64,000 nucleotides of DNA from positions 7,112,658 to 7,176,657 of the forward strand of contig NC_081394.1 in NCBI RefSeq assembly GCF_030684315.1, read 5' to 3'. This document shows, in pieces, positions 38,938 through 50,251 of the stretch. The DNA comes from Stegostoma tigrinum (lineage: Eukaryota). Every line of letters begins with the position of its first letter. The stretch's first letter is position 1. Position numbers and translations under genes: made by a program. The notes under the pieces are model-generated. The model worked only from the letters and a program-made list of their open reading frames with translations. It was not told the origin of the DNA and did no database searches.

Positions 38938-39815
38938 CAGTTTCTGACAACTCCCTATTGTCAGCAGTAGGAATATGGGCTTCTGTCATCTCGTCACTGT
39001 GTCCCTACCATTGGGTGAGAGGATTTGAGATTCAAGTCCGACCTATGCTTAGAGTTGAGGACAATACACTGGAAGAAGTTATTTAACCTGTAACCTATGC
39101 ACTCACAAATTGTGCCACGCCTTCTTTATGGGGCCCTATGACTGATGTGGTAATGTCCCTACCTTTGGGGTGGAAGGCTGAGGGCTCAAATCGCTTCTTT
39201 TCCAGAGATATGTAAAAATAGGTTGATTTGAAATATTGAGAAATAATCTCTCCTCCATTAAATTGCCCCCTTCTTAATTCTCGACCCAGTTGCAGTCTCA
39301 GGAATCTCAGAGCAAATCATGTTGACTGATAGCTCCATATATGTAGCCATCTGATGCTTTTAGCCTTAAAGGGCAGACTATGAAAACTGAGTTTAAACAT
39401 ATCATAGGATAAACACACACCTCTGCGCTTTCACTGCAATCAGAATCACACTGATAATGACCAAAGCTGTTCCTACAGGGATTCCCTTTGTCCAGGGAAG
39501 CGTTCCGAGGATTTTCAAAACAGGCATTGCTCTAAGATTATGAGATTGGTCGTGACATAACATTTATTTGAATGAAAATACACCTTCCTATATATTGACA
39601 TTAAAAACACATGGTTAAAGTTGTTGTTTTACAAATGTGAGATAACCTAGCAATCCCAAGATAATAGATAATACTTTGGAGACATGAATTAAAATCCCAA
39701 TTAAGCTGCTGGTGGAATTCAAATGAAAATATTATGTTTGGAATTGAAATGTAGTCTCAGTAACTTTGAGCATGACAGCCCCATAGAGAGTTGAAGAAAA
39801 GAGACAGGAATGAAA

Positions 39816-40103
39816 TCATAGAATCCCTACAGTGTGGAAACAGACCATTCGGCCCAACAAGCTCACACCCATGCTCAGTGCATCCGACCCTGATCCATCC
39901 CCTAATCTACACAATGGCAATTTAACATGGCCAATCCTCTTAGCCTGCAGAGCTTTGGGCTGTGGGCAGAAACTGCAGTACCCAGAGGAAAGAAATGCAG
40001 ACACAGGGAGAACATTCTAACTCTACACAGACGACCATCTGTGGCTGGAATTGAACCTGGGTCCCTGGTGCTGTGAGGCAGCAGCGCGAACCACTGAGCC
40101 ACC
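39816..40103 (-). mobile_element. HE1-like tRNA SINE
   Basis: Minus strand GGTGGCTCAGTGGTTCGCGCTGCTGCCTCACAGCACCAGGGACCCAGGTTCAATTCC, with tail acactgtagggattctatga. Confidence 0.85.
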
Positions 40104-40111
40104 ACAATGAA

Positions 40112-40229
40112 TAAACTGCACCTGGTATTTCCAGGCAGTCTCCCATCTGAGTATGAACCAGGCCTGAGTTTGCTTAGCTTTATAAAAGCAGATGAGATCA
40201 GACATTTCCAAACTAGTACAGCTGAAGGG
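40112..40229 (-). pseudogene. 5S rRNA pseudogene or 5S-derived segment
   Basis: Plus strand gcacctggtatttccaggcagtctcccatc..agta..aaccaggcc.ga...tgcttagctt...cagatgagatc aligns to the reverse complement of vertebrate 5S rRNA over its full ~120 nt, with many substitutions. Confidence 0.8.
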
Positions 40230-40784
40230 CTTCAGTCACAACCCTGTCTTATGACTGCAGACCCACAGTAATACGTTTAATTCTTGTCTTCCCTCTGAAA
40301 TAGACCAATAGGGGTCACCCCTTTCAGTTCAAGGGTTTAAATTCAGTTAGGAGTGGGGTAACAAGAGTGGGGGAACAGCTTTGGTCATTATCAGTGTGAT
40401 TCTGATTGCAGTGAAAGCGCAGAGGTGTGTGTTTATCCTATGATATGTTTAAACTCAGTTTTCATAGTCGGCCCTTTAAGGCTGATAGCATCAGATGGCT
40501 ACATATATGGAGCTATCAGTCAACATGATTTGCTCTGAGATTCCTGAGACTGCAACTGGGTCGAGAATTAAGAAGGGGGCAACTTAATGGAGGAGAGATT
40601 ATTTCTCAATATTTCAAATCAACCTATTTTTACATATCTCTGGAAAAGAAGCGATTTGAGCCCTCAGCCTTCCACCCCAAAGGTAGGGACATTACCACAT
40701 CAGTCATAGGGCCCCATAAAGAAGGCGTGGCACAATTTGTGAGTGCATAGGTTACAGGTTAATGAAGTTGTTAGGAGTATGGTC

Positions 40785-41100
40785 ACTGAACTTTAGAAGA
40801 ATGAGGTGCGTGGGGGAGGTCCAACAGAATCCTATAAAATTTTAACATGGTTAGACAGGGCAAATTTAAGAAGAATGTTTCCCTGACTGGGGTGTCCAGA
40901 ACCTGGGGAGGTCATTGTTTAAGGTTGCAGGCTAGGCTACAGAGGACTGAAATGAGGAGATATGTCTTCACATAAAGAATGGTGATCCTGTAGAATTTCT
41001 GCCAAAGAAGTGCTTGTGGCCAAACATTGAGTGTTTTCAAGAAGAAGCCAGATATGGTTCTTTGGGATAAAGGGATCAACTGATATGGGTAGGATATCAG
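40785..41100 (+). mobile_element. CR1-clade LINE 3' fragment
   Basis: tttagaagaatgagg...ggactgaaatgaggaga...ttcaagaag...aagggatcaa, the same 3' block as at 50740-51115 and 54000-54290. Confidence 0.65.
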
Positions 41101-42406
41101 CAGAGACTGAGCAACTTCTTCTCTCTCTATCTCTCGAAGGATAGGCAATCTTTTGAACACTCTTCCCCAGAGGGTAGTGGATGCAAGCCCTTGAATGAAT
41201 TACAGGGGTTTGATAAATTTTTGCTCAATAAGAGAGATATGGTCCATGGGGTGGAAGGAAAGAAAGGCAGATTTCAGTCCAGAACAACACTGTTTAATTA
41301 AATGGTATGATGGGCAAAATGGCCTACCCCTGCTCTAATTTATAAACTGAATCACAACCAAGAACGTAGTCTGTAAAATTAAGAGTGTCTGACATCAAAA
41401 ATAACCAAATTAGCACAATGATTCCTGTCATTTTAATGGTCATATGAGCCTTCTCCTACTTCATATATATTCATTTTGGTCACAGCCAATAAAAGTTACA
41501 ATGTGCACAGCCACACCTTCAGAGAAGACATTGAACAGGGCACTAGATGTGAATTAACATACCTGCAGAAAGCGGTAGAAGCCAAAACATTGACTGTTTT
41601 CATGAGGGAGATTGATAATCTGGTTAAAGGGATCAGAGATCATGAGGAGAAAGGGGGAACAAGGGTCTGATGATCAGCGATGATCATATTGCATGTTGGA
41701 ACAGACTGGAAGGACCAAATGGCCTACTCCAGCTCCTATTTTCTATATTCCATGTTTAGCAAACACTTTGATAGTGTTTGGTTGGGGCTGGACAACGGCA
41801 TACCTGCCCCAGAGATGTGGAGCAAGATGTCTCAACAGGTTGATCGAAAAATATCAACACTGGATTTAATGATTGATTCAGTGAATCATTGTATATAGCT
41901 TTGGTTTGTTGTGCTGGGTGGAAAAAAGATGCAGATGAATACCCGAGTTGACTTTGTGATGGAGTAAGCTGTTTCCAATAATTACATGTGAGAACATTCG
42001 GAGATGTACCAGTGGAACAGAGTTGGTACCTGCTGACGCTGCCACCCTGCTCGTTCTCAGCTATGCACGAGAATAGCTGTTCAAAGCCAGTGAGATGAAT
42101 CAGTGTGGGGGAGCTCTGGATCAGGCCATTATTCACTGTCCAGGAATAGACTATAATGTCTGAAGTATTTCCTGCAATCTTTCTCCTATGAGGGTCCGTG
42201 TGACATTTACTGAAGGATTGGCTCTGACTCTACAGGTATAAGTGAAGCTAATTGGGGAACTCATGCAGGTCATACCAGATAGTATGATGGGTTTCCCTAC
42301 AAAAAGGAACAACAGTGTTCAAGTGATGATCCTTTTAATAATGCAGTTGTAACATTTACATTGGAGAGTTCCTTTATATTGATTAACTAGAAGATATAGT
42401 GAAATT

Positions 42407-42710
42407 AAGTTACAGAATCCCTACAGTGCAGAAGGAGGCCATTGGGCCCACCTTGCCTGCACCAACCCTCTTAAAAACATCCCATCCCTTCACTCTCTCC
42501 CATACCCCGCATTTCCCATGGCTAGCCCACCTAATCTTACATTCCCGGGCAATACAGAGCCATTTTGCACGGCCAATCAACCAAGCCTGCACATCTCTAG
42601 GAGGAAACCGGAACATCCAGAAGAAATCCACACAGACGCAGGGAGAATGTGCAAAATCCACACATCAAACCCAGGTCCCAGCAGGGATGCTACCCACTGA
42701 ACCACCGTGC
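42407..42710 (-). mobile_element. HE1-like SINE, degenerate
   Basis: agaatccctacagtg tail, aagcctgcacatc...gggagaatgtgcaaa body and ccactgaaccaccgtgc head. Confidence 0.75.
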
Positions 42711-43149
42711 CATCCTACTCACTGATAACAATTTATTGTTAAAAGTTACTAGAGTAAAATGCCCCAAACCATTTCAGATCGATGTTGATCAGTCGAATTT
42801 GAGATCAGCTTCAGAGGATACTGGGGCACTAGGTTACATTCGCAGCTAACCCGACACAGAAGACTATATTTAAATCATTTTTTTTTGATGCCAGACAATC
42901 TTACAGATTATGAAAGAAAGAGGCATTCATCCCTCCACTGGCATACAGACAAGTTACCCCTGTTTAGCACTTTAATACTGTTCCATGCTGACATCACTGA
43001 TATCCTAACTTTAAAACAGAATCAGATAGCACCATTCTCAGTTTTTGATTTATTCCCTTTTGCCAGTTGAGCTCTTACTATGATGAAATTAAAGACTGAA
43101 GCTGTCTGCTGCCAGGATGGTTAAGTCAAGAGGAGAGTAAATACTTATG

Positions 43150-43373
43150 CAGACAGCATAGTGTGGAGCTGGAGGAAAACAACAGGCCAGGCAGCATCTG
43201 AGGAGCAGAAATGTTGACGCTTCACGTTGGGACACTGCTTCATTTTTTGATGAAGGGTCCCGACCTGAAATGTCAGCTTTCCTGATCCTCTGATGCTGCC
43301 TGCCTGCTGCGTTCCTCCAGCTCCAGGCTGTGTTATCTCTGACCCCAGTATCTGCAGTTCTTGCTGTCTCTGA
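43150..43373. mobile_element. Short palindromic Penelope-derived element
   Basis: Inverted arms meet at cttcattttttgatgaagggtcccgacctgaaa. Confidence 0.8.
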
Positions 43374-44199
43374 GATACCTACACAGTGTGTATAACCAGC
43401 ATGCAATAAGTGGATGGAGACTGTTGAGAAGCATTCAAGATGCAAGCTCAACATCAAATGTGAGGCAGGGAGAATTTTATGGCATTTTTTTTTCATTTTC
43501 AAGGAGAAATGTTTTGTTATTCACTAATTTTGTCAGCAAACTGCATCTTTGGAAAGTAATGTCAGTCTCAGTGGAAGATGTATTAGCAGTGAAAGACAGA
43601 GTTGATTTAATGATGGAGTAAATTATGGCAGTGGAGTAGGACGCCCCTCTCCTTCTGTTTCCCTCTCATTTTTATTCTTCTCCTCCCACTCAGCAGCTCT
43701 CAGCCTGGCCCCACAGCAGCTCATGTCAGGTCCCAGCCTGGTCTCTTGGCTTCTCTCAGCTTTTCTCTCTCAGCGGCTCGTGATGGGTCCGGGGCCAGGT
43801 CACTTGGCGGTATTTCAGCTGATCTTTCAGAGGGTCATGGCAGTGTCTCCAGTCAGAATATCAGTGGGCCCTGCCCAGTGGCACTGGAGGAGAGGCAGCA
43901 GCGACAGTATCTTTGACAGCAGTGTCGAGAATAGACAGTGACACAAAATATGTGGAGGAATCATCAAAGACTGTTGAACTTTTAACTCAGTCCTTTATTT
44001 TCCTTGTTTAAACTATGAAATATTTACTATAAACTATTACCTATTTCTATATTTTTCTACTATTCAATGAAAGAATGCTTAACTTTTAACCTTTGTTTCC
44101 AGGTACTGAAGCTGAGCTTTTTTTTGTAAGATGGTGCCATGTGCGACAATATTTTACACTTTTCACCGTACTCCTGTACTTAAAATCTAAAATATAAAT

Positions 44200-45025
44200 C
44201 TAAAATCATTTCACAGACAGTCAATGTCAAAATGACATCCAGACTTAAGATGACAAGTGTGGGAAACAATCATGCCACACAAATGACAGGCAATGACCAT
44301 CTCTGACAAGAAACAATATAACCATTGCCTTTTGACAATTGATGGCATCACCTTAACTAAATTGCCACCTGTTAACATTTTGGGGGTTACCATTGACCAG
44401 ATATTTAACTGGACTTGCCAGATGAATACAGAGGCTACAAGGGTAGTCAAGAGGCTGGGAATACTGCAGCGAGTAGCTCATCTCCTGACTTGTCAAAGCC
44501 TGCCCTTATCTACGAGATACAAGTCAGTCAGGACTATGATGGAACACTCCCCACTTGCCTGGATGAGTACTGATCCAACAATAATCAAGAAGTTTGACAC
44601 CATCCAGGACAAAGCAGCCCGATTGACAGGCATGACATCCACAAGCTTCCACTCGCACCACCTCCGATGTTGAGTAGCAGCAGTGTGTATCTTCGACAAG
44701 ATGTGCCGCAGAAATTCAGCAACGCTCCTTCGACAGCACCTTCAAAACCTACGACCACTTCCATCTGGAAGGGCAACAGAGCAGATTCACGGGAACATCA
44801 CTGCTTTCAAGCTCCCTCACAATCTTAACTTGACAAGATATCACCATTCTTCCAGTGTTGCTGTGTCAAAGATCTAGAAGTCCCTCCTACATGGGATTCA
44901 GGGTGTATAGCACAGGGGCTGCAGTGGTTCAAGAAAGCAGCTTACCATCACCTTCTCAAGTGCAACTAGGGATGGGTAAAAAGAGAAATGCTGGCCCAGC
45001 CAGCGACACCCACATCCAACAAATT
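44200..45025 (+). mobile_element. LINE (CR1/L2 group) RT C-terminus and 3' UTR; related fragments at ~32100-32490, 38220-38500, 47090-47700 and 59760-60400 (minus)
   Basis: ORF 44293..44673: NILGVTIDQIFNW...LGILQRVAHLL...MEHSPLAW...DTIQDKAARL. Confidence 0.75.
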
Positions 45026-48000
45026 AAAAATAAAATTGCATTGTACCTGTTGAATTTAGCTGAGATTTAATGACAGTAACGCCATTCTCGTTCCCTGCCC
45101 TGCATATGATCTGCTCTTCAGATCCACTTAGGTGAGTCAGTGTTAGCGAGCTCTGAATCAGGCCGTTATTCACTGCCCAGGAATAGACTGTAACATCGGA
45201 AGTGTTCCCCGTGATGTTTTTCCCACTGATGTTCCATGTGATGGTGACTGGAGGATTGGCTTTGACGATGCAGGTACAAGAAGCCTCATTCCTGGAACTG
45301 GTGCAGTTCAGACCAATGACTAAAATGGGTTCATCTAAAGAAAAGCAGCAGATAAACATTGTCATGATTGCAATCATACAGATACAATGTCGAGATTGTA
45401 GAGTGTATTCTACTTAACTAACTGGATAAGTTGATGAAATTGCCACTGTCAGCAATTTAAATATCAAGAGGTAATAACTGCGGTGTTCACCACCAGTAGG
45501 GTGCCGTTGTCAAGCTAAAGTTAAGCATTGTATGATATCAGATCTAATATAACCTGTTGTCCCGTTGGTTCTCGGTCTCAAAAACATTTTATGATTGCTT
45601 CATTTTGACTATCTTTTTCCATCTGATGTTAGCAATCTATATATGAAATCTTCCATGATTATCACTGTACCTTTCTAGGCACATATTTCTTTAGTTATGC
45701 TGTAACGTACCATCTTTGTACAGTTCAGGGGGCTATCTATGAATACCAGAAGTAATTCTCATGTCAATATCATTTCACATACGTACCAAAATTTACTTCC
45801 GCCAGTTGATTTTCTGAACTTAGGCCATCCCTGTCTATTGTGCTAATGTCATTATTAGCTAACAAAGCCACCCAAGAGTTAGCATTGAGTGAAATTATAT
45901 TTGGAGGGAAAAGGCATGGATCCACAAATATTTCATTGCCCAATGAGAAAGTACATGATCTAATTGACAAGAAATTTCTGAGCATTGATTGATAGATTTA
46001 CAAAGAGACAGGCCTTTTGCTGCTCAAATCAGTACGATGCTTCGATGTTGTAATCATTTATCCAATATTATCATTCATACCCTCCCCAAAGACCAAATGG
46101 AAGGTATCAATTCCAGTTTGGAAATGGTCCCTTTTCCAGGTTAGCTGAATGATAGAGACAAAATCTGAAACTGTTTACTGTTGGGATGGTTTGGTAAAGT
46201 GAAAAAGCAGCTACTTACATTTTACATCCAGTCTAAGAGTTTGTTGACCAGTCACCACTCCATCAGCCTTTATAAGCTCATAGATCAGGGTCTGTCCATG
46301 ATGGTCAGCGGATGGAGTGAAGGAGAAAGTTGATAAAAGAGTCCAGGAATTCTCAAAATTGTTCCTGCTTTAATGTGAAGTTTCAGAAGCTGGCAGAATA
46401 GGAGTTAAACCTGGCCCTTGTGTCCATTTCAGCTCAAAATTACAAGTTGAACATTTGTAGGTGACTGAACAGTTCAGATGTGTTGGCTTTCCAGCAATGA
46501 ATTGCCTAGATGCTGCGATTTGAGGCTTCTCTGTCAGTGGAAAGAAAACAAATTCACAATTAGAGATTCTAAGGCCTATATTTAGGAAGGATGTGGAAAC
46601 AATGACAAATAAATGCATGACCACACTTTATTCTTGATGTCTGCTACAGTCTAAGCTTCATTGGAGTGACAGATTTAAGAAGAACATCCTTGTTATTTGT
46701 CCCACTTTTTCTGGTTAACTTACAATGTTGATCATTCAATATCCTTGTTTAGGCAATAGAATTTGACATTTACAGACAGTTCCTTCATTGGCACCTTGCG
46801 TTAATTCATAGGGGTGGCTGAAGGGTTGGGGGTGGTGCAAAAATGGGACACACACAGTGTGAGGAAAATGATCTCATTTTGACAAGAATTAATTACACTC
46901 CAAGCATGGTTCCTCTATCCAGAATGTCTCACACCTTGTGAGCACTACATTAGCATTACACTAAGTTTTCCGAAGGCTGTTTGAAAGTTGCAGTGACCTT
47001 TTTGCATCGCACTGAGGCCAGAAACAGTCTTTAGGTCTGCACTGAGAATGTAACTGATCAAACAAAGCTCCAGTGACCAGCAATTGACTGGCCCAACCAT
47101 AAAAATAGTACAGCTACAAGTGCAGGTCAGAAACTAGGAATACTGCAGCAACAACTAGTCTCCTGGCTCTCCCGATCTTGTCCACCATTTAAAAGGCACA
47201 ATTGTGGAATTTTATAGGTGGCAGTCTGCTTCCCTGCATTGGTGCAGGTCCAATAGCCCTCAGAAAGTTTCACACCACCCTGGATAAATCAGCCTATTTG
47301 ATCCACACTCCTTTTCCACTTTCACTCTCTCCACTGCCAATGAATTCTGGTAGCAGTGTGTCCCACTGGCAAGTCATGATTCCCCAAAGTTCCTCTGACT
47401 GCACCTTCCCAACCCATCACCTCTGTCATCGAGAAGGACAGGAGCTGCAGGGACATGGGAATACCCCCAGCCCCCACAAGTTCCGTTCAAAGCCAGGCAC
47501 CATCCAGACTTGGAAGGATGTCGCCACTGGAGCTCAGGCAAAGCACTGGAAATCCCTCCCTAGCTGCACTGTGGGTGCTCTAAGATCCAGGAATTGCCAT
47601 AGCTCAGGAAGGCAGATCACTCACTCCTTTAGCAGCAAAATTATGACTAGTCAATAAATGTTGGTCCAGTTAGCAATGATTACATCACATGCACAGGTAC
47701 AATAATACATTTTACAGGCCCTGAAATTAATGAACTACTTACCCAGAACACGGAGAGATACAGGAATACTGTTGGAGTAGGAATCTGATGCATTCCTGTT
47801 GTTAGTAATCTTCACCTTGATATAATACTCTCCTTCATCTCTCTTCCTGACATGTTTTATCAGTAATGAACATTGTTTCTTTGTCAGGTTCCCACTCAAT
47901 TCTGTTCTCCCTTCATATTCATGGTTCACACTGACTGGATCTCGGCCACTGTAGATAATACTAACCCCTGGGGCTCTTGGTTTGGAATCTCCTTTTAACC

Positions 48001-49771
48001 AGAGAACCCGTGGATTTCTGCCACTGGTGGGGTAATCAAACATACATGGGATCTCCACAATTGACCCGCTTACTGCCAAGGCATTCCAGGGAACCTTCAC
48101 AGCCCATCGTTAACTATGGACAGCTGAAAAAGGAAAATCGGCTAGATTTCCAGTGAACTCTGTGACAAGAATCAAATTAAACTATTCCATTAAATGACAG
48201 TCAAAAACTGTGAACTCAATTTTCTCAAACATTTGCAATTACATAGATACCAATAACAACAACATACATATCAAATTATGGTTGAGAATCTACAGACATG
48301 ATGAAAGGTCCTTCTGAAGAAATTGAAGTAGGTACTAACAATTAATAAACTCCAATGAAAACACAGAATGAGGTTCACAGTGAAAGTGTCTGTTCATTAA
48401 CTCAGACATCTATCCATGAATATTTATATACTCAACTAATGCAATATTCTTACCCAGAATTTCCAACAACAGCTTCAGACATGGATAAATTTTTCCAAAG
48501 TTCAGTAACTCTGAAAGATAATGTCGTACCTTTGTCAAGTAACAGAACGAGAGAAAGGAACACTGCAAACTGCGTCACCGTGGAAGATGGTGAACTGTTA
48601 TCTCAGGTGGATTGAAGATGAAACCAATCCCAGGAAGATTCTGCTCTCTGGTAATAGATCACTTATTGATCAGAATCGAATCCGAGTACGGGGAGATCAG
48701 CTGCTAGGCAGACTGGAGGAATGGGAATCATGTTCCGTCTGAAAGCTCACTCACCTTTAGAGACCCCCAGGGCTGCTGCTAATCCTGTCAAGCAGATACA
48801 GTATGATGCTGGGAGTGAGAGCATCCCCCACTTTACAGGGCACCATGCCAAAAACAAAGACAAAGATCTGGACCAATAAACTGGCATTTTCCTGTCATCA
48901 GTCATAAGGCAGGAACTGAACTTCAGATTCAGTTACTAAGAATAAACCTGACCACAAAGTTTAGTCATCGATCTCATAAGTTATATCTGTTTGCCTGTCA
49001 ATGCGTTATAAATGTTCTGTTGCGGTTGATGGTGACACAGAGCACTCTTTTCACACCTTCAGCTGTCCAGGCAAAAGGCTGTAGCTCAAATGCCAGTGAT
49101 ATAAGAGGTGTGTGTTTCTTTTTACAGGAAACAGTTTAACCCAGTCTATGTGCTATATTTTTAGGTATGGCGTTCGGTCTTCACAGCTTGACTGTCACCT
49201 TAGAAATTGGGTCAGGTCAACAGGTCCGAGCTGCTGCAATCACAGTTTTGTGCTTTTTTTTCGATTTGGAGACATTGCTTTGTGTTTTTCGTTTCCAAAG
49301 TATCACCGGATGTAACTGGGGAAACGATAGCAATGGTGAGTGGAAGTGAGAAGCAATTGAGAGATCTGTCGGCACCTTCCAGTTACTCCTATCTGGTGTA
49401 ACTTGCATTTCCCAACGTTCCGGTCTCTGAGACGCTGGATGAGCTCCAATGGGAGTGTTTGATCCCAGTCCGAGCTCAGTGTACGGGAGATATAGGTTCA
49501 ATCCTCACTAAGACGGTGTGTTCGAAATTTAATTTGAAAAATGCTAGAATTGAACACTCACCTCCGTGACCATGAAACAACTTTTCTTTTTTTTCCTTTT
49601 GTAATTACTATCTGTTTGATGGTTAATCAGGAAAACTCCCGTCAATAGTAATTCTGACCCGCAGTTGTGTGACCGAGTCTTATCAAATTTCTGAAATGAC
49701 CGGAAAAATCGGTCAGATTAGAAACGATTCACGCTGGGTGCATCAGCGAGTCAACAGTCTGTAAAATACTT

Positions 49772-49903
49772 TCAGAGACAGGAGGAACTGCAGAAGTTGG
49801 AGAATCTGAGATAACAAGGTGTAGAGCTGGATGGACACAGCAGGTCCAGCAGCATCAGAGGAGCAGGAAGGCTGACCTTTCGGGCCTAGACCCTTCTTCA
49901 GAA
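49772..49903 (-). mobile_element. Single-arm Penelope terminal fragment (similar at ~60458-60570)
   Basis: The minus strand begins TCTGAAGAAGGGTCTAGGCCCGAAAG and ends at the ...tctctga terminus. Confidence 0.75.
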
Positions 49904-50115
49904 ATGAATTCTGAATTCTTCCGAATTGCATTCTCCCTTTCTTATAGGAAGAACTGGAGAAGGAAATCAAAATTTTCTGAGCTGAAAAGTCCGTAAGCGG
50001 GAATGAAACACATAATGACAGGGATAATTTGAGAATTGAAGAGGTAAGGCAATTGTCTCATGAAAATCAGGGGCACTTGAAGCAGAAAAGGGAAATGCAA
50101 CTTGTGTAAAGTGTG

Positions 50116-50251
50116 AGATAACAAAGTGTGGAGCTGGATGACCACAGCAGGCCAAGCAGCATCTTAGGAGCATGATGCTTGGCCTGCTGTGTTCATCCAG
50201 CTCCACACTTTGTTATCTCGGATTCTCCAGCATCCGCAGTTCCCATTATCT
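50116..50251. mobile_element. Short palindromic Penelope-derived element with degenerate 15-bp TSD
   Basis: Inverted arms. CTTGTGTAAAGTGTG at 50101-50115 and CTTGTATGAAGTGTG at 50252-50266 (13/15 identical). Confidence 0.75.

Larger units (their letters stand above)
39083..40762. repeat. 391-bp inverted duplication (arms 39083-39473 and 40372-40762)
   Basis: The arms are reverse complements with about 4 mismatches seen by eye, separated by a 898-bp spacer. Confidence 0.92.
37436..48824 (-). pseudogene. Siglec/CD22/MAG-like Ig-superfamily type I membrane receptor pseudogene (leader, V, three C2-type Ig exons, TM, cytoplasmic exons)
   Basis: Phase-1 GT-AG exons: leader 48824-48755 (MLSLPASYCICLTGLAAALGVSK); V-set 48123-47743 (IPC...W...GRTELSGNLTKKQCSLLIKHVRKRDEGEYY); C2 46530-46219; C2 45334-45047; C2 42296-42010. 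TM exon ~39507-39421 (GIPVGTALVIISVILIAVK). Tentative cytoplasmic exons 38854-38743 and 37501-37436. Disablements: TAA at 48110-48112, TAA at 46370-46372, a Cys->Tyr change (GQTLIYEL), and a 1-nt frameshift in the 287-nt exon. Confidence 0.85.

Noticed and set aside
40112-40229. Functional 5S rRNA gene
   Set aside because: Isolated, heavily substituted and not in a tandem array, so it was called a pseudogene.
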